Assembly: GCA_030770535.1 (NCBI GenBank)
Contig: JASVEC010000010.1
Span: 992,001 to 1,056,000 of the forward strand
Direction of reading: 5' to 3'
Length of the DNA stretch: 64,000 nt
From: Batkoa obscura
Taxonomy: Eukaryota
The notes beneath the pieces are model-generated. The model made no database searches. It had not been told where the DNA came from and saw nothing but the letters and a program-made list of their open reading frames with translations. Positions 54,212 through 64,000 of the stretch are shown here, piece by piece (positions within the stretch are counted from its first letter, which is position 1; every line of letters begins with the position of its first letter). The position numbers were made by a program, and so were the translations under genes.

Positions 54212-54294
54212 TTTTTTGATTTTTTTTTTTTTGACGAAACAAAAAAATATTAATATTCAAATTATAATCTTTTTGATTATTTGTTTAAAAAGAG

Positions 54295-55875
54295 ATGGAG
54301 TCCAAAATTAATAAAGCTTTGCTCAAACAGGAGTTCCCATGTAGAGAAAAGGAGATCGATATATTGAGTAGTATAGATAGAGTAAGTTAGTTTTAAAACA
54401 TACAGCTACTTTAACATTAATCCAAAGCTGATAGTATCCTATAGTTGATTTCATATATATATGGGGCTCAAGCAATGGAGGCAAAACTACTTTATTAAAA
54501 AAAATCTATGCGCAAAAGAATTTGGTTTATATTGATTTAATAGAATGTTACTCGTTAAGTTTAGTGCTAAACAGGATTTTATATTTATTATTTAAAAAAA
54601 AGGAGAGTTGCAGTAAGCTAAGTTTATTTTTAAGTCATTTAAAATGCTTGGATAGCGGAAAGGTTTATTACTTGGTAACTTATTTTTGTTATTAATCCAA
54701 ATATTCGCTTACTTATTAATATTAGATACTGGATAATGCTGAAAGGCTTCACTCTTTACCAGCTCAATTGTTATCGTGTTTGTTAAAAATTAAAGAAAAA
54801 GTAAACCTTATTCATTATACTTAACTAGTATTTTAATTTGAGTTTTTAGATAAATATTGATTTTAAAGTGATATTGATAAGTAATTTACCATATAGTAAA
54901 CTAAGGTTAAGTATTGGAATAAGAGAGCCTTTTCAATTAAATTTCAAAAACTATAATGTTGAGGAAATGAAAAAGATTCTATTAAAAAAAGCAGAAGCCA
55001 TGGAAAAGAAAGAAAAGCGAGAAGCGATTATTAATTTATTTCAAAAAAAAGAGTATTTGAGTTTAAAAGTGAATTTTTTAGACTTGTTTCTAAAGGCCAT
55101 TTTTATTAAAAAGAGTACCCATATACCTTTTTTGATTCATCTATTTTACCATTATCTGTTAATTTATTCAATCCCTGTTATCACCTCACAGTCAACTGAG
55201 TCTTTTCAGCCTTCTTTTCTTTATGGTGTTTTTGCAAAAAATGGATATGCAGATGCTATGGTTGAACTTAAATTTATAAATATCGATGACGAGGAACAAA
55301 ATAATCAAACTCAAGTTGTACAAAGTGAACTTGAGGCGAATAACAATCCGATTATACTACCTTATTATGCCAAATACTTATTGATAGCAAGTTATTTGGC
55401 AAGTTATAATCCAGCTAAACTTGATCCCATCTATTTTTATAATGGTACAAATAGAATTTTAAACGGGAATTTATTAAACAAAAATAAAAGAGAACGTAAA
55501 AATAAAGTAAGTATTATATTTGAAATAAATAAAATATAGTAATTAAACTTTCAATAGGATAATGACCCTAAAGAACCAAGTTTCTTCCCAATGGATCGAT
55601 TAATGGCTATTTTTTATTCTATTTTGACTGAAGAACTTATTGATACTTCTCAAATTGATAATTTAGTATGCTTTTAATCTGTTTCTACTTACTATTCATC
55701 TAATTAATTATTTTAGTTAGCAACCTTAATTTCGAATCAATTTATATCTCAAGTTGGAGGTTACGGTAGGTTAGAGGATATTAAATTAAAATGTGAAGTT
55801 AGTTTCGAATTAATTAAAACTTTGAGTGATCAAGTAAATTTGGATCTAAGACATTATCTTCATGCCAGTGACTAA
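54295..55875 (+). CDS. ORC5: Origin recognition complex subunit 5 (6 exons)
   Basis: FPCREKEI, Walker A GSSNGGKTT, LDNAERL, LPYYAKYLLIASYLASYNPAKLD, FPMDRLMAIFYSI. Confidence 0.92.
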
Positions 55876-55910
55876 TTTGAAATAAAATAAAATAAGAAAT
55901 TGTTTTTTTA

Positions 55911-56548
55911 TTATGGTATCAATTCAACTTTACTCCACCCTTGATCCTTTTTGATAAGCTGATACTCATACCTTTTATTGTTAGTTAATTCTAGATGATC
56001 AACATGATCGGGTTTCAACAATAATAAAGTAAAATTAGAGAGCGCTTTTTCTTTCATTGATGCCTCATCGTATTCTTTAGCAGTCTCTTCTTCTGTCTTA
56101 AGTACACCCGTATTATCAATATAAAAGCTTAACTTCAACTGATCATTTAATTTATTAAAATAACGTTTCTTCAAATCTAGTATTTCTATTTCTGTTAAAC
56201 TCTTATACCCATCCCCTTTTTTCACTACATAACCTTCACCTCTTATTCTATACTGTTCATTAAGCTCATTTAAATACCTGCATAATATAAGATATAAAAT
56301 GCTGATGTAATTATTATAAAAAAATAAAATTACCAACATAACTCAAACGCATTATTCTTTTCCAAATGAACAATTTTATCCGACTTTAGATGTGCTGTGA
56401 CAATCAAGTAGAGTTCATTTTCAATTACTTCTGATCCTCGAACTACTACTGTTCTCACAAAAGGTTGCTGCTTGTAGCAGGTACTTAACTGTACATAGTT
56501 ATCTTGGGCTTTTTTTACCTTTGATTTTAATGTTGAATACCACTTCAT
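55911..56548 (-). CDS. Pyridoxamine 5'-phosphate oxidase-like FMN-binding protein (2 exons)
   Basis: YVQLST...PFVRTVVVRG...SDK...FELCW-Y...EQYRIRG...NFTLLLLKPDHVDHLEL. Confidence 0.85.
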
Positions 56549-56893
56549 TTATGTTTAATGTATCTATAAAATTAAAAACAAACTTTTTATACCCAAATCG
56601 AATTTATTTTAGTTATTACGTAAACAAGTCATATTTATTATAACATAGTGTCTTGATTATTTTGATAAACTGTAAACAAAAAATAAAACATCAAATTTAT
56701 ACACATACAAACAAAATATTTTTAATGTTTTAACCAGGAATCAAATTATTTCTATACATAATATTATACCATCTAAAATAGTGTAGTTAGTTTACTAATT
56801 TTTAAAATCAACTTGAAAAAGTATTATTGACTTTACATAAATAAAAAGATTTACTAATGACTTTATGTCCATATTGTTGACAATTTAAAATAT

Positions 56894-57157
56894 GGGGATG
56901 TTTTTTTTACTAATTTCTTTTTTTGCTATTTTTTAGATATAGAAATTAACTGGTATACTATTTAACCTTGGATGTGTACTGACTAACTGTTCATTTTGAA
57001 TAAAAACCAAATTAATAAACCTTAAATAATATAATATAACAGATAGTTAGCTATAAAATTCATAATATACTAGCACATATTTGAGCTTAAACAGCTGCTT
57101 TAGCTAATTAATTTCTAAATTTTAAAATAGCAAAGAGTATATGTAAAAAACATTCCT
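56894..57157. mobile_element. MITE family B: ~264-bp element with ~55-70 bp imperfect TIRs and the same termini as family A
   Basis: Left GGGGATGTTTTTTTTAC...TTTGCTATTTTTTAGATATAGAAATTAA mirrors right TTAATTTCTAAATTTTAAAATAGCAAA...GTAAAAAACATTCCT; TSD ATAT/ATAT. Confidence 0.8.
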
Positions 57158-57804
57158 ATATATTAATTTGAAACATAATTCTAAAGCTTTGTACTAAAGC
57201 ATAAACTTTTATAGCTATAATGATTGAAATGTTAAAATAATTGAATTTAACTTTGAACAATAAATATTAAGTTATTTCCTAGGTTAAACCTTTAGTTATA
57301 TAACCGCTATTAATCAATTAATTGGTCTAAAACAAGCCTTTTGTTCTTTTATATCATTACTAATATCTATTGCTTTATTTTATCATTATCATAACATTTG
57401 GAATTTAAACTTTAATATTTCAATAGCATTTTAGTATTTAAGAATAAATGCACTTATAATGCCACTTTGGCATATACTAAAAGTAATATAATGATCAATT
57501 TTGCTATAGAAAAAAATAGGATAAACATTTTATAAAAAAACAGGATAAACATTGAAATTAAATGTGCCGAAAAGAATTTGACTTTAGTTAAAGAAATTAA
57601 CTATCAGGTAAAAAAATAAGAGTTGCAGGTTATTCTTTGTAAATTTAATAAGTTATAATGAATAAAATGGTTAATAGATGATCGACCTAATTTGGATATT
57701 TAAAAAAAACTTTGAAGAAGCTATAAAAGTGATGGAAAAATAGTCATCAAGTATATAGAAAATATAAAAAGGAAACAGTTGACCTAGTTATATTTATTTT
57801 ATAA

Positions 57805-60095
57805 ATGACGGCTAAAGTCTTTGCTTGTGAATTGCCTAACACTAGAAAGCCAGGTCAAACTGGTAATAAAACATTATTTTATTTATATAAAAGTATTGAA
57901 TTTTAGGTAGGCATCTATATGAATGCAAATTCTATTGAACCAATAAGTGACAAACCGCATCCCAGGACATTATATGAGCTATTTGTAAAAGGTAAGTTTG
58001 ATTAAAGATAAATTAAAGTAATTGATAATGAAGAAAAAAATAGCGTATCAAAAAGCACCAGATAGTGATTTCCTTGGAACTAGAGAAAAACAAAACAACA
58101 AATTGGGTGATTATTGCTATCAAAGTTATAAAGAAGTGTACGGGAGAGCTAGTGATGTTTCAAGTGGGCTAGAATATTTGGTACAAGAGCATGATTTATA
58201 CACCAATAAAGAAATAAAAACAATAGGGATTTTTTCAAATAATCGCAGTGAATGGGTAATAAGTGAACTAGCTATGTGCTTTAGAAGCTATACAACTGTT
58301 GGTATTTATGATACTTATGGAAAAGAAAGATTGAATCATATAATCAGTCATTCTGAAATTGAGATACTTATTCTAAACCGTGAAAAGTTATTGTTTTTAC
58401 AACAAAATAATATAAATTTGCACCAAATTAAAGTATTGATTTGTTTTGACGAAATTGTTGAGAATGATGATAAAATCAATTTCACAAATTGGGCTGAAAA
58501 TAAGAATATTAAATTAACTTTTTTCAATGAAATAGAGTCTTTAGGTAAAACCAATCCTTTTATCCCAAATCCCCCTAAACCAGATTCTATATATGTTATA
58601 GCTTACACTTCTGGTACCACTGGGTTACCTAAAGGAGTGATGTCCACTCATTCGAACTATTTAGATTATTTTTATATCAAAAGCGAAGACTATAAAGGTT
58701 TGGATTTAGCTACTTCCTATTCTTATATGCCTTTAGCACATACGTATGAGAGAGCAAATTTAATAGGTGTTATTGCTTGTCAAGGAAGAGCTGGATTTAA
58801 TTCTGGCTCTATGTTAAATTTCATGGATGATATTCAAAAGCTCCGACCTACTAAGTTGGTTACAGTGCCCAAGATATTATGGCAGATTTATAGTTCTATC
58901 GAGGCAGCCTGTAATTCAACCGATTCAAATTCTTCTTTATTAAAGGAAGCTATTCAGCAAAAGTTAATTGATATGAAAGCAGGAAAAGGCGTTGAATCAG
59001 ATAAATATGACCATATTTTCAAAAAATTTCGTGAATCTTTAGGTGGAGAAATTGCTTTATTAACCACTGCATCGGCTCCAATCCCATCAGAAGTTTTAGA
59101 TACAATAAAAGTAATACTATCAGCTAATATCGTAGAAGGTACTTAAGCTTTGTTCATATAACATTGAAACTTATTGTTTTAGGCTACGGTTCAACTGAAG
59201 CACTTGGTATTTCAATGACCGAGATATATGATAGTGACTCTGGGAGTGTAGGAGCACCTTTTCCTAGGTAACTAGAATGATCAATATTTTTATTTTTTAA
59301 TATTTTTAAAAAGTGTACAAATCAAACTACTCGATTTACCAGATAAGGGATACTTAAGTAGCGATAAACCATATCCTCGTGGTGAAATATGTGCTAAAAG
59401 TCCAAATGTATTTAAAGGATATTTTAAAAATGAAAAAGCTACAAAAGAAGCATTTACTGAAGATGGTTGGTTCTTGACAGGAGATGTTGGTATGGTAGAT
59501 GAAAAAGGAAGACTACATATTATCGATAGAAAGTCTAATATGCTCAAATTGAATGATGGTAATTAATATTAAAACTATAAATAGTGAGATTAATACCAAC
59601 TTATAGGCTATCACGTTGCGCCAGAAAGGATAGAAAAGACGATAAATTACAATCCTTTGATTTTCCAGTCTTTTATATATTGCCAGCCTACAGATTCTTA
59701 TGTAGTGGCATTAATTATACCAGAAGAAAAAAATTATTTGAAATGGGCTCAGCAAAAATTGAATGATTCTAATTCAACTATGGAGTTTGCATGCAAAAAT
59801 AGTAAATTAAATAGTTTACTGTTGGAAGAGATAAAAGATAGTTGCGAAAAGGCTGGCTTTGCTAGGTATTTTTCATACTGTATTTATTGTCTTGTATTAA
59901 TTATTTTAGCTTCGAAATTCCTAAATATATCCATCTCCATCCTACTCCATTTACTTTAGAAAACGGTCTTTTAAATGATACGTAAGTTACATAATAATAA
60001 TACAAATATTGAGTTAATATCCTCTTAGTTTTAAAATCAAACGTAAAGCAGTAAAGGAAGAATTTCTCCCCATTTTTGAAAGATTTTATAAATAA
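57805..60095 (+). CDS. Long-chain fatty acyl-CoA synthetase, copy 4 (inverted, more diverged)
   Basis: Same exon structure and motifs as copies 1-3; ATG at 57805, stop at 60093-60095. Confidence 0.93.
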
Positions 60096-60506
60096 ACTTA
60101 ACTATTCATCATTGTACTTATTTGTTTTTCAAGCTTCTTTTAAATACTATCTATTATACCTAGATTATTGTACTAGTTTAGATGAACTAAAAAATTATTA
60201 TAATCAATTGCAATTAAAATTTCAAAAGGTAAGCTATGAGTTTATATACTTAAGGTATTAAATTCTATACAAGCAAAATAAGCACAGTGTAGAAGATGGT
60301 GATTTTCAAATACTCTAATAATATGAACAAAATTTGTTATTGAGCTAATCATAGTGGTGATTTATAAGGATTGGGGCAAGCATCTAAAAGAACCTGCTTT
60401 TTTATGCCTATAGTTTATTCTACAATTCATTGACCAATATAGCCTCTATTACTGTATAACAACAAACTAATAGCACGCCTAATTCAAACCATTTGATACT
60501 CTATAT

Positions 60507-60602
60507 GGGAGTGTTTTTTTGGTTTCATCACTTTTTCTCTTTTAAGCGCTATTTAAGCGGAAAAATTGTTAGTAAAATTCTTAAATCTAAAAATACATCC
60601 TC
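60507..60602 (+). mobile_element. MITE family A copy
   Basis: GGGAGTGT...ACATCCTC; flanks ATAT/ATGC. Confidence 0.9.
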
Positions 60603-61768
60603 ATGCAGTAATATCAACTGTCACCAAATAAACTAATAACTAACACTTTTTTCACAGTATGTCTATCGACCTTTAGCGCTCGAGTATTAAACTTACGGAT
60701 ATTAATAGAAGCAAGAAGAATTAAAATAACAGCTACATAATCCAAGTACGTGGAGTTATTAAACCTATGATAGCTACAATATTGAACCTTTACAAACTGA
60801 GAGTAATAGCAATTAGATCTATTTTCTAGCTCTCTACCAACAATATAATTTGGAAGATAAGTTATTTCAATAACTCTGACGTTATCATGGGCTTGGTAAG
60901 CTCAAGCAAACCCTAAACTTTGAGAGCTATAAACTATTATCTTATTATGAAGCTTGATTAAAAATCAAACATCTTAAAAAGTAAATTCGATTATCTTTCT
61001 TTTTATACTATATTTTATAGACATTGGATTCATAAAATATAAAGTAGATAACTTTTGTATCAATTGATTGCTATTTTTCGTTATTGTTTCTTCCATTATA
61101 TTTATATCTTTGGACTCTTGAAACTGAAGGCAAGGATAATAAACTACAATACAATATTTAAAGCAACTCTTGTAAAGATGAGTCAGCGGTTTATCGCATA
61201 TAATTGGCATACTATTGAATCATATTATTTTTAAGTCAGTATGTGAGTTATTTATAAATTTTATTATATTTTTATAATATAGATTCAGTGAAGCATCCAT
61301 CTTTTTTATCATGCCAAGATTAAGCTTAATAAATCGAACATTAGACTAGTTTAGCTTAGGTTTGATATAAAATAGCCTTTTTATAGTAACTAGTAGTTTA
61401 ATACATACATTTGAGAACTTGATTTAGATCAATCAATAAGAGCCAAATCAAATTAATATTCAAGAGTGATCTAATAACAAGCATAAAGCCCTTTTGATCT
61501 GAAATAAGATTAGATACTTGATAATAACATAAAAACATGTGTATTAGTGTGTTAATAATAGTTATGAAAATTTCATTCAAACTATTCATAATATAATCTA
61601 TCCATCACTTACAATTTGTCCTTAGACTCAAGTCATTACTTTTTATTTTTTATTTACTTGAAGTTTAATGTTACAATGAATAGAAAAATAATGGACTTTA
61701 TTACAAGCAAATGTCATTCATTAAATTATATCCTAATTTATATTGTTTTTAGATAGGATAAACTATAT

Positions 61769-61867
61769 GGGGATGTTTTTTTTGACTTCATTACTTTTTC
61801 CATTTTTTAAGCGCTATTTAAGCGGAAAAGTTATTAGTAAAATTCTTAAACACAAAAATACATCCCC
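61769..61867 (+). mobile_element. MITE family A, best-preserved copy (99 bp)
   Basis: Perfect GGGGATGT/ACATCCCC termini; TSD ATAT/ATAT. Confidence 0.95.
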
Positions 61868-62279
61868 ATATTTTTATAACTTATAATAAGCTAAATTAGA
61901 TGATATTGTTTTAAGCCTTGAAGTATTTTTAAAAAGTTTCATATATTATTTATAATGATTTACACATGCTTGTTTGGTATCAAAGGGTATTATTATTGAT
62001 ATAGATGGGTTCAAATGACTAAATTCAAAAGTGCAACTACTTAACATGATTAAATTCTATATTAAGCACCTTGTAAAAATTTAATAATAGCTAACAATAG
62101 GTAACTATCTATTTGCATCTCATATGCAACAGTTCCAAGAGTTATCAATAGCACATATTTTCGAATGCAAATACCATTTATAGTAAGTTATTTTTAAGCT
62201 AAACAGGAATAATAAAACAGCGTATATAAATAAGTCAATTCAACTTTATAAATGTACTTTGTTCACCTTTCTAAAAAAA

Positions 62280-63185
62280 ATGGGTGCTCTCACTACCCAT
62301 TCGTTTATAATGATTAGTATATCGGCTACCATAGCTATTCTTAATTCATTTTTAATTTATCTTGCATCGAAAATAAAGCCAAGGACAAAAGACATCAATT
62401 TTATCATTGCTATATGTTGCATCGAATATCTTTTACCAGTGGTTGGATGGGCCAATACCATAAATGCATGGATTACTAAAAAGAAGGCCACGGATACAGT
62501 TTTAGGCTGCCAAATATTAGGCTTTGTAACAATGTCCATCTTTTTTTTTGAAGTTATGGTTAATGCTTTACTAGCTATTGAGCGATACTCTCATATTACA
62601 AAACAAAATTTGTTGCTTTTTTTTTCGATTCCTGCTTTGATTGCTTCTGTAGTCTTTATAGTATTAATTTCTATTTCTGCTGCACAGAATTTGTTTGTTA
62701 AAGCTGCTTCTGATAGTTTATGTATGGTTATACCAAACAACTCACTATTAACAGCAATAACATTTTATTTCTTTATACTTTGTATGTTTTTGGGACTACT
62801 TACCATTTTTTATTGTTATTTGAAGTTAGCAATTTATACCAATAATGTAACTAAATTCATTGAAATTGATGGAAGCTCAAGCCATAGTGTTAGAGCCATT
62901 ACAAAAAAACCGTGGAGCATAAAATGGGTGAAAATTCGAATTTATACGACTTTAATTGCTTATGGGGTTTGTACATTTACCTCTCTATTATGTGGGTTGG
63001 CAGAGAGTATCCATGCCTACGTGTTTGGTATAGGAGGGGACGTCCAATTTATACTAAATTTATTAACAGTCATATTATATTTGCTTGGTGCACTTACTAA
63101 TTCAATGCTTTTATTATTTTTACATGCTGGTATCTCGCGTCAATCGAAAATATTTTTTAAAAATATTTTAAGGGATAGAAAGTGA
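62280..63185 (+). CDS. 7TM GPCR-like protein, paralog of 51943-52836
   Basis: Seven TM segments; GCQILGF, LLAIERY (E/DRY-like), ECL2 Cys (SLCM), CYLKL. Confidence 0.75.
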   Translation: MGALTTHSFIMISISATIAILNSFLIYLASKIKPRTKDINFIIAICCIEYLLPVVGWANTINAWITKKKATDTVLGCQILGFVTMSIFFFEVMVNALLAIERYSHITKQNLLLFFSIPALIASVVFIVLISISAAQNLFVKAASDSLCMVIPNNSLLTAITFYFFILCMFLGLLTIFYCYLKLAIYTNNVTKFIEIDGSSSHSVRAITKKPWSIKWVKIRIYTTLIAYGVCTFTSLLCGLAESIHAYVFGIGGDVQFILNLLTVILYLLGALTNSMLLLFLHAGISRQSKIFFKNILRDRK

Positions 63186-64000
63186 GATCATCTGAGCTAT
63201 AGTTAAATGGTTTGAGCTTTTATAGACATTAATCTACCAAAGCTTTTGAACTATATAAAAATAGTCTCCTATAATTGCAGAGCAATACTTTTAAAAAATG
63301 TTTTTCATGCTGGCGTGTTTATAAAAAAATTATTCTAAAATAACCTAAAGTTTTCAGTTATACTATTATTTTTTTACGATTTCTATGCATTTTATATTTT
63401 AACAGAAGTTCTTTTTAAACATGAACATTTTATTGCCGTTGTATTTTCGCTTTAATTCTTTCATTTGTTTATCAACCTCACCTATTTTGGTACTACACTA
63501 TATATAGCAATTTAATTAGAATTGAGTGGTATCAAATATACTTTTTGATATTATGAGCTTTTTTATAAATTTATGTAATTTAATATAATTTAATATTATT
63601 TAACTAAAACCTATAAAGGGCAATGTGATATATAAGCGCTTTTTTCGGATTACTATTAATATCGTTTCATTTATTGAGGCAAAATTTCTTAATTTTTAAT
63701 ATAAAGTAATTTACAATTCCAATATTCTGTTGTAATATAAAACCTAATACATTTGGCTTCTACAAAAGTAATGTAAGCATGTTCCTTTTAGTAAAAGTTA
63801 ATTGGTGTAGTTGATATTAAAATGATCAAAATGAATTCAAAAACAGTTAATAAGTATAAATTATAAGTGTAATATATAATACATAACAAATATAGCAAAT
63901 GTGTAGCTGGTAGGTATAAATATATGATCGATAATGAGTACAACTTTGGATCTTAAACTTGTTCATTTTTGATAAACCTATGAATTAAGTGTAATAAACT

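Noticed and set aside
18200..60095. Lipid-metabolism gene cluster (ACSLs, lipases, ERG8, COQ4)
   Set aside because: Genes are interspersed with unrelated housekeeping genes and the lipases are dead; no evidence of a co-regulated cluster
61765..61871. Tc1/mariner (TA) or ISL2EU (AT) 2-bp TSD interpretation of the MITE
   Set aside because: Non-palindromic 4-bp duplications and frame restoration in the lipase genes require 4 bp

Overview
AT-rich eukaryotic DNA with short (~45-80 nt) GT-AG introns. Gene content and intronless GPCR-like genes suggest an early-diverging fungus, possibly Entomophthoromycotina/Conidiobolus-like (inference only). Housekeeping genes: RhoGAP 3' end, NDUFA5, cytosolic LeuRS, UMP1, eIF2B-gamma, ERG8, a TPT-family transporter, COQ4, SDH3, SND2/TMEM208, ORC5 and a PNPOx-like protein. 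Between them lie four long-chain acyl-CoA synthetase paralogs (three in tandem, one inverted ~31 kb away) with a gene-conversion-like mosaic, two decayed class-3 lipases and two 7TM GPCR-like genes. The most striking non-genic structure is a ~95-100 bp fold-back MITE family present in about 28 copies. It has GRGGATGT...ACATCCYC termini and 4-bp, mostly AWWT, target-site duplications (Sola-like), confirmed by empty-site comparison in the lipase paralogs. A second ~264-bp long-TIR element shares the same ends. A decayed, MITE-interrupted C5 cytosine DNA methyltransferase gene (motifs IX-X readable) is missed by the ORF track, and the MITE copies show heavy CpG transition decay. Exon boundaries and copy counts were read by eye.
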